Below, piece after piece: positions 12,301 to 26,100 of a DNA stretch of 64,000 nucleotides. Each line of letters opens with the position of its first letter. Position 1 is the stretch's first letter. The position numbers were made by a program, and so were the translations under genes. The notes under the pieces are model-generated. The model was not told the origin of the DNA and did no database searches. It worked only from the letters and a program-made list of their open reading frames with translations. This stretch comes from Phallusia mammillata (Eukaryota): the NCBI GenBank assembly GCA_965637545.1, contig OZ281495.1, positions 13,454,001 to 13,518,000 on the forward strand. The letters are read 5' to 3'.

Positions 12301-15300
12301 GCAAATACACGATGACGACTGCAGTAAGACCACAGGTGGGTCGTGCGACACCAAGGTCAAACATACGCCACACGCGATGGTGCAATAACCCCCAGTCGAA
12401 ACCTTTTGGGGACAATTGTTATACGACCTGCTGTCGTTTGTCGGCGACGTTTGATCTCGTAAAATAGCCAATTGACCGCCGGAGTCCCAAGTTGGGAGTA
12501 CTTTAATAGTGGAAGCAGAGACATCAAACTCGAAATTGCAAATAAATTAAATTTTTATTAGGGGCAAATACCCTTTTTGTGGTCGTTTTGGTGTTGCATT
12601 AAAAGCAATCGGCTAAGTCATAAAAATCACCTTGTTCTAATATCAGAGAAAGTCGTTTGGGGAACATTGCAGTTTCGTTGACACAACTTCGCAAACTTAG
12701 CAGGACGCAATCTAAAACAGGCTTAGGTATAATCGAAAGGCTGAATTGTAGGAAAATCGCTCGAACCAAGGAAAAACTTTACGACCGTTTGCAAAACAAC
12801 ATGATGTAATGTGTTTGATGGGGGATAATCCAGTCTACTTCGTGGTGCTGTTCAAACTAAACATTAAGCGAAAGAGTGTGTGATTAATTAGCCTTCAGCT
12901 TCCGCGACAAACCAAACTCAAGCAAAGTAAATTTCCTGCCTCTTTACATTTTAAAAGTTTAAGAGAGCACCTTTCCTAAACAACAATTACACAATTACAC
13001 AATTCATCCGACAAAAGGCTTTATAAGTGATAAAACCAGCTGATGAACCAGTTAGTATTTAAAACGGACATCTGTTTCAAGGCGCTTGACCACTATGCCG
13101 CAACGTCCGTCTGGCCCCAACTAAACAACCACTTGTCGATGGACATCGGCTTAGGTGCTATAGTCTCTTGTTGTCATCATAGTGTAACAGGTGGAGTGGA
13201 AAGCCGGTGGTTTGGAGGAAGACAGTTTACAGCAGCCAAACCAAACAAATGCGTGTGTTCATATAAGGATCAGGCTTCATGGAAGAGTCAACAAAGCGGT
13301 TTCACGCAACGAATAAAGCTAAGAAAAACAAAGAAATATATCGCATTTTCAGGTTATTGAAATAACCTTTAAACACACATTAGAACTGATTTGCTGATAT
13401 AAAAAAACATTGCATTAGAAACCTAAACGGGTAAATCGAATTTGAAGTCTAAAATTCGAAACTATCGTTTTTATCTAATTCGAGTAAATTGCTCCTACAT
13501 TTTTTCCCCGAAATATGAGAAAATAATCTTACAGATATCAGGAAATAAGTGTTTGTTTTGGCAACGCATTTTAAACAGCATTTTTTGAATGAAAGACATT
13601 TTAGGCCAATAGCCCATTGTGGTGTTTGCTCCATTAGCGGTTTAGGCTTGTTTCCTCTATCGGTCTTACCAAACACAACACATCGCTTTCACTTCTAGTG
13701 GCCAGATTATTGAAAGCGAAGAGCAAAAGCAAATCCCAAAGCCTCGTATCCGATCTGCATGTACTCTCGCATCAATTTTCAAAGTCAACAACTGGATTTT
13801 GAAATCGGGTTCACATGGGTTCAATCTCTAAACGAAAATCGTGTATCCACAACAGGAACGAATACAACAACAGGCCGGTAAAGATGCTATACGAATAAGG
13901 AAGGAGACAGATCAAACGCCGAAAGATTTTTATCAACGAGGTGAATGCAGGATGGATTCTGGGTACACGTGCCAAGATACGGGTTAGTCCATAGAGCGAC
14001 AAAACACAGGACAAGGCAAAAACAACAAAGCGCAAGAAGCGATACTTTTCGACACGAGTAAGCTTTTCTAGAGCTCAAGTGATAAAAATACGTAAATGTG
14101 CTATCCCTTTACCTTGTTCGTTTGTCCACAAATTGATATTGTGTAATCATTATCCTATACTGAAAATGAAATTAAAAAATGGATAAATTCAAGGGGGATC
14201 TTTAATCTAATTCTAAACTGTAACAAAGCGACTTATGATGCCTAATTGGATCTGCATGGGAAATTTTTATTCGAAACAATTTTATGAGCAAAGTACAAAA
14301 CTACGAAAGGAATCATCTTGGATGAAGGAGAATTATTACTTTAATGAATGTGTTTGGTCACTTATTGCAAGCAAAAAATATCAACACAAGATAGTCCTGG
14401 TAAAGGGGTTTCCTGGAGTCATTGTTCTTTGTCATTGCTTAAGGATTAACACAAATTCTTGCACAAAAAGAACGGCATGGTCAAGGCATTCTAAGCCAAA
14501 TGTTAAGTGGCTTGGGGCTTTAAGAGTTAATGTCATCCCTTCTAAGGGACAGCACTCGTCTGTCAACGCGCGAACCAACTCTGGCCACCGCCCGCAAAGA
14601 CTGGTATCTTCAGAGTAATCAAACACCACCATAAATAACTAAGAACCCCTGTGTGTATTAATTGACACTAACTCTCGAGTCGACTCCTGGGCTCAAAGAA
14701 AGTTCCGAGGTCGCCCACTGACAAGGCTGGCACTTGTACAAGGCCGTCAAGCGACCTTAAGGTCAAGTGAACTTTGACCTTCGCCTTTCTCCTCGGAATG
14801 CGTTTGTGCTTTTTAGAGCAGCTGAAACGTTTGCTTTGGCAAAAGCTCTGTGTGCTATGTAGTGTTAATGCGGAAAAGTTATACTTAGTCACGGTAAAAG
14901 GCGGGAAACATGCACAGTTCGGAAAATTGACACAGTCACAAAGACAAACTTCACTGACGGCAGCGGCAAAGCGCGTTGTAGTGGTATCTGCTATGCTGAA
15001 AATATTTTCAATTCGCAGCGGCAAATTGCATGTTTGAACTGGATCCAAAGTTTGAGCAGCTTGCCTTAACCGCAAACCGACGTGCCTTACTGGCAAGAAC
15101 TTTAGTCCAAAGCAAAATACCACTGTAGGGAACTTGAGACCTTGATTGCAACACGGAAGCTTAAGCATGTCGCCATTTGACGCTTGGTGACTTATATCTC
15201 TTAAAAGGGCGTTTTATTGAGTCACCCGTAACTGCTAAATGCGAAGGGTATTATTGATCTAAAATGAGGACGTTTTGCGCTTTGTGGCCAATTTTGGGCT

Positions 15301-18015
15301 TAGTAAAGTTTTAGAGCTCTCATAGGGCGATCAAAGTCCTTGACACTTTAATATTACCTATTTTTGTAAAATTTACCTTAAAATAAAAAACTATGAAAAT
15401 CCTTAGATTACTGAAGCACACGACGCTCTTTAGGTAACATTTGGTGTATTTTAGCGGTATGTGTGAAAACATAATTGTTTCTTTTCTCAAAATGTAGTTG
15501 CAATGTCTCCAGTAAAAAATCTTTCATCTAGCTGTATTAATAAAAATAGGTTGTGGCCGTTTGTTACAACAATTAAGACAAACTTGGTTACACACGCTTT
15601 GTAAATTAATAGATTAAAAAGTCTAACATTACCAACAGTTGCACAACTTACTGTAAGATGTCAGGTGGTCGGTAAAAATCGTATTGCTCCCGGGGGCCAC
15701 CCAGCGGTACAACCAGCACACCGGATCGCTTGGTGGGCTTGCGATTAACAGAGTGTGTGATTGAGACACATAGAGACGTGAAAACAGTAATCCAAAGCGC
15801 ATCGTGGTGCGTCAATTTCATGTTTTTTCAGGAGAAGTTTTTGAACAGTAACTAACAAACACTTAGGATTGAGTCTGTTGGATTTAAAGCAAGAATGCTT
15901 TATTAGTTTAAACTCAAGAAATTTTAATCAGACTCGGAAAAGGAGTTGATTTCTCGCTGATGTAGTTATGGTCTCGGCAACTAATGTAAAAATAAATGTA
16001 ACAAATTTTCTTCTAATAATATATGGCCACGTGGCAGTACACCAAAGTACGGCTGTCATCGAAAACAATCTGGCACACACGTTATGTTTACAGCACAACA
16101 AAAGTAGCTTAACATATGCCAAATATTGAAGTATATGGGAAACCTAATAATTCCAAACGCTATAAACTTCTTAACACTACAATCGTCAGTAACCTGGTTA
16201 GAAAAATGGAAATAACTGCTGCTGGAGTGCTAGACAACATTGACACACTGCCTTGCATCTATAAGACAAGAATTCCTTTCGAACAATCGGGCGTAGATAG
16301 GAAGCGTGCTTTCTAAGCCCTTCGCCGTTTTGCTTGAATCCGATAGTAAACAACCCAGGTCCCACGTTTTGTTGGGTGAGAATGCGCGTGGAGCCATATA
16401 AAGACTTGGGCCTTCCGCTTCCAAATGCTAATCTTCTCAACAATGAAACACCTCGACGCACTCAGCCGCATGAGCCCGTGCCGCGGCCGATAAGATGCTT
16501 CCAAGATCAATAAGGCTGTTAATTTAGCGCTCGTTATAATTGAGTAAATAACCAAAGCATACGTTGTAATGTGCAGGCACTTTCACAAAAGCTAACCTCA
16601 CGTTGACTAAGGTTTGCATATTTCCATGTAAAAGCCTCAAGTATAACGTTCTGTGCGTTCAACGTCTTCATAAGTAACCAACATACCAGGTTCACGTCCT
16701 TTTATTGGGTTGATGTTAAAAATAGATGAGACTTTTATTGTCAGTGTTACACGACGCCGCTATTGTTCTGTTGCCAAGAAAACTTTACCCCAGTGTTTAT
16801 ACAAAAATGTACGACATTGTAGCAAGTAAACTCGGAGACTAAAATTAGCTGCTTAAATCCGTTAAGCCGATGGGCCACACAATTACCCCTCAGTCAAAAA
16901 ACTCGGCCAAAATCAAGTATTCGTTGGCATCCGTTCAAACGGTATTGATCCAAACTCAGTTACGAACTTGACGCCATTTTAGGTGGGGTTCTACTATCGG
17001 GCTTATAATACATCATGGCGACAGTTAAAAACCAAAACACCGACCCGGAATTCTCCGTAGACAACAAAGCGGCGTTGTGGGCCGCATAGCACACCTCTAA
17101 CAGCGCGTAAACCCCTGAGCCCTGTACAAGGCAAGTGCATTGTTGTTTGCTAGCTTGTCACTTGTAACCAAATACACGTAATTGCTCCCACAGGAGATGA
17201 CACGCGGCCCCGTATCTTGCACCCGTTATCGCGGGGCGTTTGGACATTGCGGAGCTTGTGAGATTTTCGTCGTGTTGATGTGACAGGTTTTTTCTGCGTG
17301 ACGCGATATGCGGTCAGATTTCATGACATTACTCTTTGAAGTTTTTGCTGAGCCTGCCCGGATTGCTTAGTACGCGTCTGGCACTACGACCGCAAATATT
17401 GTTGAACGCTAAGCTCTGAAAGACTTGGCAATATTGACATACTTCGATACGCCTTCGCCACACTACGATAAGACCTCGGTTGTCTAATAGCACATCATGT
17501 TAATACATTCCTGTTTACTCACTCACAAAACCAAGGCTATGTCTGATTCAAATTCTTCATCAAAGCCAACTCCACGCTTTGAATGCTGACGATTGCCAGT
17601 TGTGCTGGCAGCTTATAACATTTGCTCGAGTCGAAGCAGCAGTGACCACGAGCCCACAAACTGCTGCCCGAGAAACACGCTCTATCTCCGAAGGCACGAT
17701 GAAACGCAAACACTCGACTCGACAGCGCTGAGCGCACGAGAATACTTACGGCTCTGCTCAAGGAACACATAAACCGCCGACTGACACGAAAACCCCGCAC
17801 CTAAGCTCTTTAATCAGCTGAGGTTTGTCACGCCTGGCTGACCGAGCCCCTAACTGTCCGTTCGCCTCTGTGAGGCCGAGGCTCGCGTAGAGGGCCCCCA
17901 TACCTCACCCGGTGACGTCACGTGGGGGTAATGCGGTGACGGGGGCACATCAAAGCCTGAATGGCTAATCACCAAACATTAGCGCTGGCGTCTGTTTGGG
18001 TAGCCCTCACGGTCT

Positions 18016-18092
18016 TGTGGCAAAAACCCAACGCACCCGCGTAAAGCATAGTTCTGTGGCAAAAAACCAGCGCACCCGCGTAAAGCACAGTT
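18016..18092. repeat. 39-bp tandem repeat, 2 copies
   Basis: tgtggcaaaaacccaacgcacccgcgtaaagcatagtt at 18016 and tgtggcaaaaaaccagcgcacccgcgtaaagcacagtt at 18055. Confidence 0.9.
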
Positions 18093-21000
18093 TTCGCAGC
18101 GCATCGAGCAGCGACATAACTCCTTCCGGGCGCTTTTGTCGCGGACTTAACGGCCTGTTAATGCAAGCGAGTGTACGTGCCTCATGAAAGGCCATCGCCG
18201 AAATGTTGGCTCAAGTGCGCTTGAGTCAATTTGCGGGGAAGCCGCTGGGCGACAAAGTCCGATACTTGATTATTACAGCAAAACCGTCAATGAGTCGATT
18301 TATATCGAACATCACGAATGTAAGCGGCGATATTAAGTTGACATTTGGAAATTTTCAATTGAGCAGTGAAGCGAGTGGATATTATGAAATAAGCCACGCA
18401 CGTCAGTTCTTTACTTAGACGGCTTTATGTGATCCCCTATCTAGTTTCATGTCTAGTCTGCACCAAAAGAGCTGATTTCTTAAGATAACCTGCTGCCCCT
18501 AACAAACAACAAGCAGTGAAACTTCATACGCAGTGTTAGTCGCCAGGCAGTTGGTTCAGACACTAAATGAATCAAATCACTTGTTCAGCTTTTCCAAGTT
18601 CAAATGTAATCTAAAACTTCAATGCCGAACTGTGTTAACGCTAAACAACGTCGCCTGGAACAATAGAACACTATGCTGAAACATCTTCTGATCACACTTG
18701 ACCGCATCATCGACTGGTACCGAAACCGAATCGGAGCAGCTATGTAAGCAACGTCAGAAGCTCAAGAGCCTGGAACCAACTTGGCGCTATAGGAACAGAC
18801 GCGACTTGCACTCCAGCAGTGGTTGCAGCATCTTCAACTGAGCGACCTCAACCCCTTGTCACCTTTGCCCAGTCTTTTACCCCTATTCATATCACATTCC
18901 TGCCGACAGCCAGACAAAACACTTCCTAAAAACACTTTCGCCGACGAAAACAACGTTCCTATCGTACAAGCCCTGCAGCCGCGATCCTCCAGTGAGAAGA
19001 AGAGTGACCTGTCGCCAAAACGTCGCTAAACCCTAGTAATTGGACACCGTAAATGGCCCGGAGAGATCTGTGCAGTGGCGGGCCTAAGATCCACAAATTG
19101 GAGCTAGGATCGAACGATTTTCAACGGTTAGGATTCGGTTCCAAATTAACTGATCCTCGGCGGTGTGACTTCAAAGGAGGTCAAGATTCGAAAGGCATAT
19201 TTTAATTTGCAGAGGCTGAACTCATTTTCAATGACTTTTGAAGTCGTGAACCTTGTTTGCACCTTAGGCAAGTTAGGCACGGACGCAAGGTTCTGGTCAA
19301 CTTAAAATCAGTGAACTTGCATGCCTAACTGGTTTGGGAAGGAATTACGATTATTTAATAGGTTTTATTTATATCTCAAAATTTGCCTCAATAGCGTCAG
19401 ATTTTATGAGAGTCAGTGAACAATAACATCAAAAATGATACATCACCGATTTACCATTACATAAACCAACAGGATTTGGACTGTTGGAAAAACATCATGT
19501 TCTATGCACACAAAGTAAGCCAAGCAACGTGCAAAAGCTTTTAGAAACACCCACATATTTACATTTCCCACAACAACACGATTTGATCGACATCGGCGTT
19601 TCAAAGTTGCCTTGAAAGGGACTCAGCACTGTTGAAACATGTTATTGTTGAGACGAGATTACGGTTAAGCCCGCCCTTGTGGCTTACGTTATTGCTACCC
19701 ATCTCAGGCCTAAATAATACCGTTGGGCCCCTTCCTGGTTTTTGAGTATGGCTGTTAAGGAGTAAATCGATGCTGCGTAACGACTGTATATGTGTGTAAT
19801 AAAAGATATTACATCACTGAAATTTTTGCAGGCATATTCTGTTTACAATTTCCATTTCTACGTTTTCTAGGCTGATATGTGCAACAAACTATCAACAAAA
19901 GCGCAAATGCAATATTTCGGCAATTAAGCTGCAAACGAGCACAAAGCATTTTTCTGGTCAAGTTCACTGTTGGATACTGTAAATATTTTCGGTACAGTTG
20001 AATTTTAAATACAATTAATTTCAACATGAACAATCTGGTCGTTTAAAACTTTAAAATACAATGCATAAATAAGAATATTGCACTACATTTTTTCACAACT
20101 TAGCCAACAACTCAAGAAATCCTGACATAGTCACGTACCGAAGCAAACATTTGTGGTTGGTCGAATGCCAATGTGGAGAATTTGTCACCCCTCGCGGGCC
20201 GAGCAAGACCGATCGTTTTGCGCGCAACAAAAGATGGACGGAAGGTAAAGAAGACGCCTGAACAACAGCCAATCCTTTGTTCGTTGGCGAGCTAAAATAA
20301 CAATCTGACAGTGCACAAAAACACGTGTTCGAACGTCGAACCAATCGCCTACTGCTGACCAGCGGCCACCTACGGAGTGGACATTGCTTGCTGCGGCCAC
20401 TGCGAACCTGGATTGATGCTATCTGTAACCTGATGTGGACGATGTAGATTAGAAGACAGCACAATGGCGCGGGTGGCGAACAGGTTGATCCCGTTATGGA
20501 GGCGCCAAACCTGGTAATTGCTGAGAGATTTTTTCAAAATGGAAGGATATCTTGGGTGGTTGGGGGTAAGGGTGAACTTTGATATTCAGGGGTTTAAAAA
20601 GGTTTAAACAACTATTATAACCGATGGATAAAATCCTAGCAACGCTACTAACCATTAAGGCTTTCCATATTTCTAAATGTTATTATTCTTTTTGATACAA
20701 TTGATATGTTCATGCCGATATGTGTTTTTACATGAAATTCATAATAACAATCTATCATGTAAATCCTCGTGTAAAAATGAATATCTTATACAGCAATCGT
20801 AAACCGGATCGAGAGCTACTAGACTTTAAATTCCAAAACGTTTGTACAAAAATGCTCTATAAACGTGGGTTTAAGCAGGAGGTAAACAAAGTTGGAGACA
20901 CTTCGCCTCCGTCGACGCCACACCAGCTCTATATGAGGTGGCGAGTTGACGATGGAAGCCTTCCGTCTTCAGGTCTATGAGCGACGTTTTTCCGATCCTC

Positions 21001-23072
21001 CTGTCTTGAAGATCATTAATCTTCACGGACGACTCAAGGGCTCAGAACAAAAACAACAACATATCGCCTTTTTTGGTAACTATACGCAACGTTGTCTGTG
21101 GGGTAAAAGCTTGAGAACAGGGTTATTATGGTTATACGATACGTGGGCCTAGATCAAAAAGCACGCTTTACTATCACAATGTTGTAATTGCACCAAGACT
21201 GTTCTCAAATTTTCCTATCATGGTTTGACACATAACTGGAAGGTAAAAGGTAGATGCGCTTGATTTCACAGAGTATGTTTGTAGATGCATAAAAATTAGA
21301 TCTAACGGCTAAAGTAGCATTTTTAATGTGCAATACTAAAATTGACCAATTTTTCAAGGCTCGGTAGCACGGCGAACTGTTTCCTTAAAGTACATACCTT
21401 CACACCATTCCATGAAATGAACAGATAATCTTAACTGCTATATACCTTGTTTGCTGACTTACAATGTTTTCTGTTGTCTCAGTTGCACAGTGTTTTCATG
21501 TACTCATCTCATGTACTGCACACGCACTAGGCAACAACATGGTTGCTAGTTGCAATATTTTGGCATCAACAGTTATGAGAATATAAATATTTTATTCCAG
21601 AAGTAGGAATTGGTAGCAGAGCTAATTCACGGAGAACGTACAAGAGCAAAACGTCACGTTTGTCTGGTTGTGATCTCAAACGTTCAGTGCGGAAAAGAGT
21701 CACGACGTTAAATAAAATCAGCTAGTGTACAAACACTGAAACGTGCAGCGAACGGAAATACTTAACTCAAAAAGGTCAACGCAATTGAGATTAACAAGGA
21801 AGACAAACCTTCCAGCAGTAATGTGTAATTTATGTTAAATGTTCAGCAATATACGGTTGAGAGAAAAGTGTGTGGACAGTTTACAGCTACGCAAACATGC
21901 ACAGATGGACTGTAAGAAACCGTTTAAACCCTCTGAAAAATTGCGGTGCCACATGCATTTTACTAAGCCTGTCCTATAGACAATGTCGCTGAGCAGAATT
22001 TACTTTCATTTTCAAAGAGAAACAAAGTTTGCTACCCGTGAAAGTCACAGGTTTTTAAAGAACTAAAGAAATGGGCTGTCTGTTGTCGAGTCATATGGCG
22101 ATAGAAAAATCTCAAAATCACCCAGATATAGCTCAAGAAAAACTGCACAAAACTATGCTTTCGCTTGACCTATACTGCCAGTACGGTATTTTTCAAATCT
22201 TGGTCAAAACGTTAGAAAGGAAAATATCATATATCTTCCTACACAGAAGTCAGCCATTAGTAACACAAATAGTTAAATAGACAATCCGACGCTAAAGTCA
22301 TGATCCTGTATCGCAGAGTGGCTTTCGTAAAAGGATTCGGATTTTTTCCAAATCCCCAAACACATCCCGTGCAAACAACAAAACGCCGCAGAACGCGCGC
22401 TAAAATCCGAGTACTTTCGAGTGGAATTAGAAACCGCGTTACCCTTTTCCAAACCGTTCAACAAAGACTCCATCCTACTGTATATCGTTCATGAAAAAAG
22501 TTAATACAATTTGGTGACAAGGGTTAGAAATATAGATCGCATTACAAAATAATTTTTCAATCCACAAATACCTCATTTTAAAAAATATGTACCTTAAACG
22601 GAAACATATTTGAGTTAAAAAATTTAATTTTCTTTTAATTGCAAACATGCTGTAAAACATGTTCAACACATCCATTTATATGAAATTAACCATATTTGGG
22701 TGAAATCACAAGATCGACCAAAGACTTCAACATTTAGTCAGCTCAGTAGACCGTAAAAATGTCGCCAAGATGGCGGCAGCTTAGGAAATCAGGAAACGAG
22801 GGTTAGAAAGTGGCGCGCCATGAAAAACTAGGCCCTACCTGAAACTAAAATAGGCCACAGCAGCAACACACAAACGCGCCTTTCTCATACAGTCTCAATT
22901 TCCCACTGCCACCAATAGGCTTGTTTGGTGGTAGAAGTTGGAAAGTGATAACGCCGCAGTCATTACTCTTAAGATGCGCCATAGCTCGATAATCCTCGCA
23001 AAAGATTTCAAACGGTCTCGATTGCCTGTGATTGGTTGATGAATGACCCTTTCGACCAATAGGATTAAACGA

Positions 23073-23124
23073 TTACTGCCGCACCCTGGGAGGCTGCTTA
23101 GTGGTGCTAATGAGCGGTCGAGAA
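23073..23124 (-). CDS. ADAMTSL1/3: ADAMTSL probable terminal coding exon 16 ([17 protein letters not shown])
   Basis: The first good downstream acceptor (tgttttcacag|T) has the required phase 2, followed by 16 codons and TAA. There is no homology support. Confidence 0.4.
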
Positions 23125-26100
23125 CTGTGAAAACATGTGCCGAGGGGTAATCATTTGAACAAGCATCAATCAAATAGCGGACAGAAGAATCACTTGCACA
23201 AAACCAAACCTGAACTTGTTTGTTGTATTTTTTTTTGTCTTGTCATAAATCTAAATTGTTTCAGCTTAAATGTAAGTTATTTGATGAACGCTAATTGAAA
23301 CGTTAATCAGTTTTTCAAATAAGCTACCTGGAGAATTTTCGGGAGAACGGCAGATGGTTTCAAACCCCAAAACCCAAACCGAATCACAATAAAAACAGAA
23401 ACATTTTTCCAATAACTAAATTGACTTCTTAAACACTTTCTAAACTTTACTTTTTAGACAAAGCCAGGGGCCATTTTCCGTTACACTTTTAGCTTGAGTG
23501 CTTCAATACAATAGCACATATTATCAAACCATTAATTTGCAGAACTTGGAAAAACTTATGGAAACACGTGCTCTTCATACAAAAAACGTACCTTGTTCCG
23601 TTCGGTGTAAACTGTTCCGCTGGACAAGGTTGGAGATTGCATGGAAGTGACAAATCAGATAGTCGCAAGTTTTCGTCGCAAAGTTCGCTTGACACTAAAG
23701 AGTTGTTGGCCATGTGAAAACATCTCTGAATCGACAGCATCGTTCCTGGGCAGAAATATAAAAAAAATGGTTCAAATCGCATTTCGGTTTTACCCACGTT
23801 ATGCGTCGTTTCACTTGCTAATGTATAAACAGCTTGATTCCTTAATTCGGTCTTATTTTGTATTTTATTCAAACTATCCGATTTTGTACGTTGATTTAAA
23901 GTTAAAGGCGATGTGACGCGCGATGAAACGAAAATAGACCAATACCCACAAAGGGTTGTTTACAACATAAAGAAATTAAAGTCAAAGCCCTTTACTCCCC
24001 GACGATTGGCGGATATGCTCGGGCCCTGAAAGAAAAGTTTGCAAATAATCATCTGCAAATAATCACACTTAACATCGTAACAGTCAGAAGGAATGCGACA
24101 AAAAACATTTGCTCTAGTTTCAATTCCAAGAAATTACTGTTTCAATCTCTCTGTCACAAAACCATGTACTCCTACCATACCGTTTCCACAAGTTGTCGTA
24201 CAAGATCCCTCAATATATCTCCATTCAAAGTTTTCTGGTGAAAAGTCAGTCGACGCATAATGTCCTACGTCACCAAGAGATTCAATAATGACGGCATCAT
24301 CCACGTAATCAGGGTCATAGTATTCAGAGCCCACATCTGTATGAATTGGTTCACACGCTCCCATGGAGCAAGGCTGTTTCAAAATTAAGTTTGTGGTTAT
24401 GCTTATGATTTTCAGGTATTGCTTTAAAGTTGTGAAATTTAAACACTAATTTAAATTTCACGTTTTGGAGGCCTGTGGATGACCCGCTAGGTCATCCGGG
24501 GTCAAAATTTGGGAGGATCAACGTTAGATAACTTACTAACATGTATGCAAATTTAAAGAAGTTCGGCGCTCTATTTCTTGACCAAACGCTTGGAACACAC
24601 CAGTTAGACAGAAAATAGAATAAAGAAAAAAAATACAGTAAAAACTTTAAATGGCATTTTACTTGTTCAGTGACAGGTTTTGTGCCGACGCACTCACTGT
24701 CAGGTACAACTTCCATCCTGCCTGTGAACTCAAGCATGACCATACACTGCACCACCCGTGACGTCACTCCGCGTCCACAAGTTGTCGAACAGTCTCCCCA
24801 ACTTTCACTTATCCAACTAGATAAAAGTTAAGCATCAATGATAGTACTAAACCAGATACATGTATTTTGAGTATTGATGTATTATACTATACCTTGGGGT
24901 TGTTGAAAACGAGCGAACTTCCTCCACACGAATAGCTTTCGCTTCAGCGTGAGCACTCTTCTTTCTGTGCTTGAGTGGCTTTGCAGGAACGACTTTCTTC
25001 GGCAGCGCTGCAATAGACAGGTATTTACACTATACTATAAAACCGTTTATCAAGAGGCGCAACTAGAACTTGTGCAAAATGGGTAAAGGATATTTGGAGC
25101 GTAAAAGGTACTGATGCGGAAGCCGGAATTTAAACACAAGAAATTTGGTAATAATCTTGTTTTTATATTTCGAAAAAGAAGGACCTTGGATTAATCCACA
25201 AAACACACGTGACAACGCCAAATTGCTGTCAGCTTTAACATTTTCTTGATTTAAGTCTTGCAGGCATTGGCTTGTGTGATATTTAACCACCAATTCGAAA
25301 ATATGATAAATGTAGCTCCTCTTTGCAATAATACGAGTGACGAAATAATTTTGTACGAAAAAAATAGGATAAAAGATATGTGGAAAGTATTCTCTGGTGC
25401 ATTTACCTCTAGCAGTGCAGAGTTGTCCTGTGGAGCACGATTTTCTCACGATGGGCTTCGCCTGTGTATTACAACCAAAAGCAGCGCGATCATCGTGTGT
25501 TTGGCATCGAACGACTCTATGCTGCCACCCGCGGCCACATTGTGCACTGCACTGTTAAATAAAACCATCGTTAGCTGGAATAAGAAAATGTAGCATTTTT
25601 TTACGCAATAAGAAATGTAGCATTTTTCTGTTAAGTTGAGTTTATTTCTCTCGGTAAAAAAGCATCGTAGTTCAACTAAACAGCTACTAAGCATGAAACA
25701 GCTGCGCAACGTTTACCGTTTTGGAGCGCAAACAAATAGAGGACTGAATTGGTGGACTAAACGCTGCTGCACCGTATTATGAGCGTCACGTGACAAAGTA
25801 CATTAAGTTGGCGAAATATGAGTAAAACACGACTTGTGTTGACGTAAGTGTTAAACCTATTACAGAACTGATATTGGAAGGTATACTGGGGTTAGACAAC
25901 TGACTACTTCTGTCCATTATCAACAAATGCTTTGAATAAGTGTGTAGAGCTAATGCTAAATTAGAAATACAAACAGAAAAGGTTGCAACACTGTCATGAA
26001 ACTCATACCCTTGACCAGTCCATAGCTCTCCAATGCGGACATGGATCTTCTTTGCAGCTTCTCTGGCTTTCCGGTTTCTTAACTCGAGCAAGCAAGCAAG

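Noticed and set aside
17410-17470. Minus-strand tag|TGT GGC GAA GGC (CGEG) as a further ADAMTSL TSR exon
   Set aside because: Wrong phase, no other TSR residues, and a stop after 17 codons.
6220-18092. Short direct repeats considered as CRISPR-like arrays (6220-6323, 18016-18092)
   Set aside because: Head-to-tail tandem units without unique spacers, in a eukaryotic context with no cas genes.
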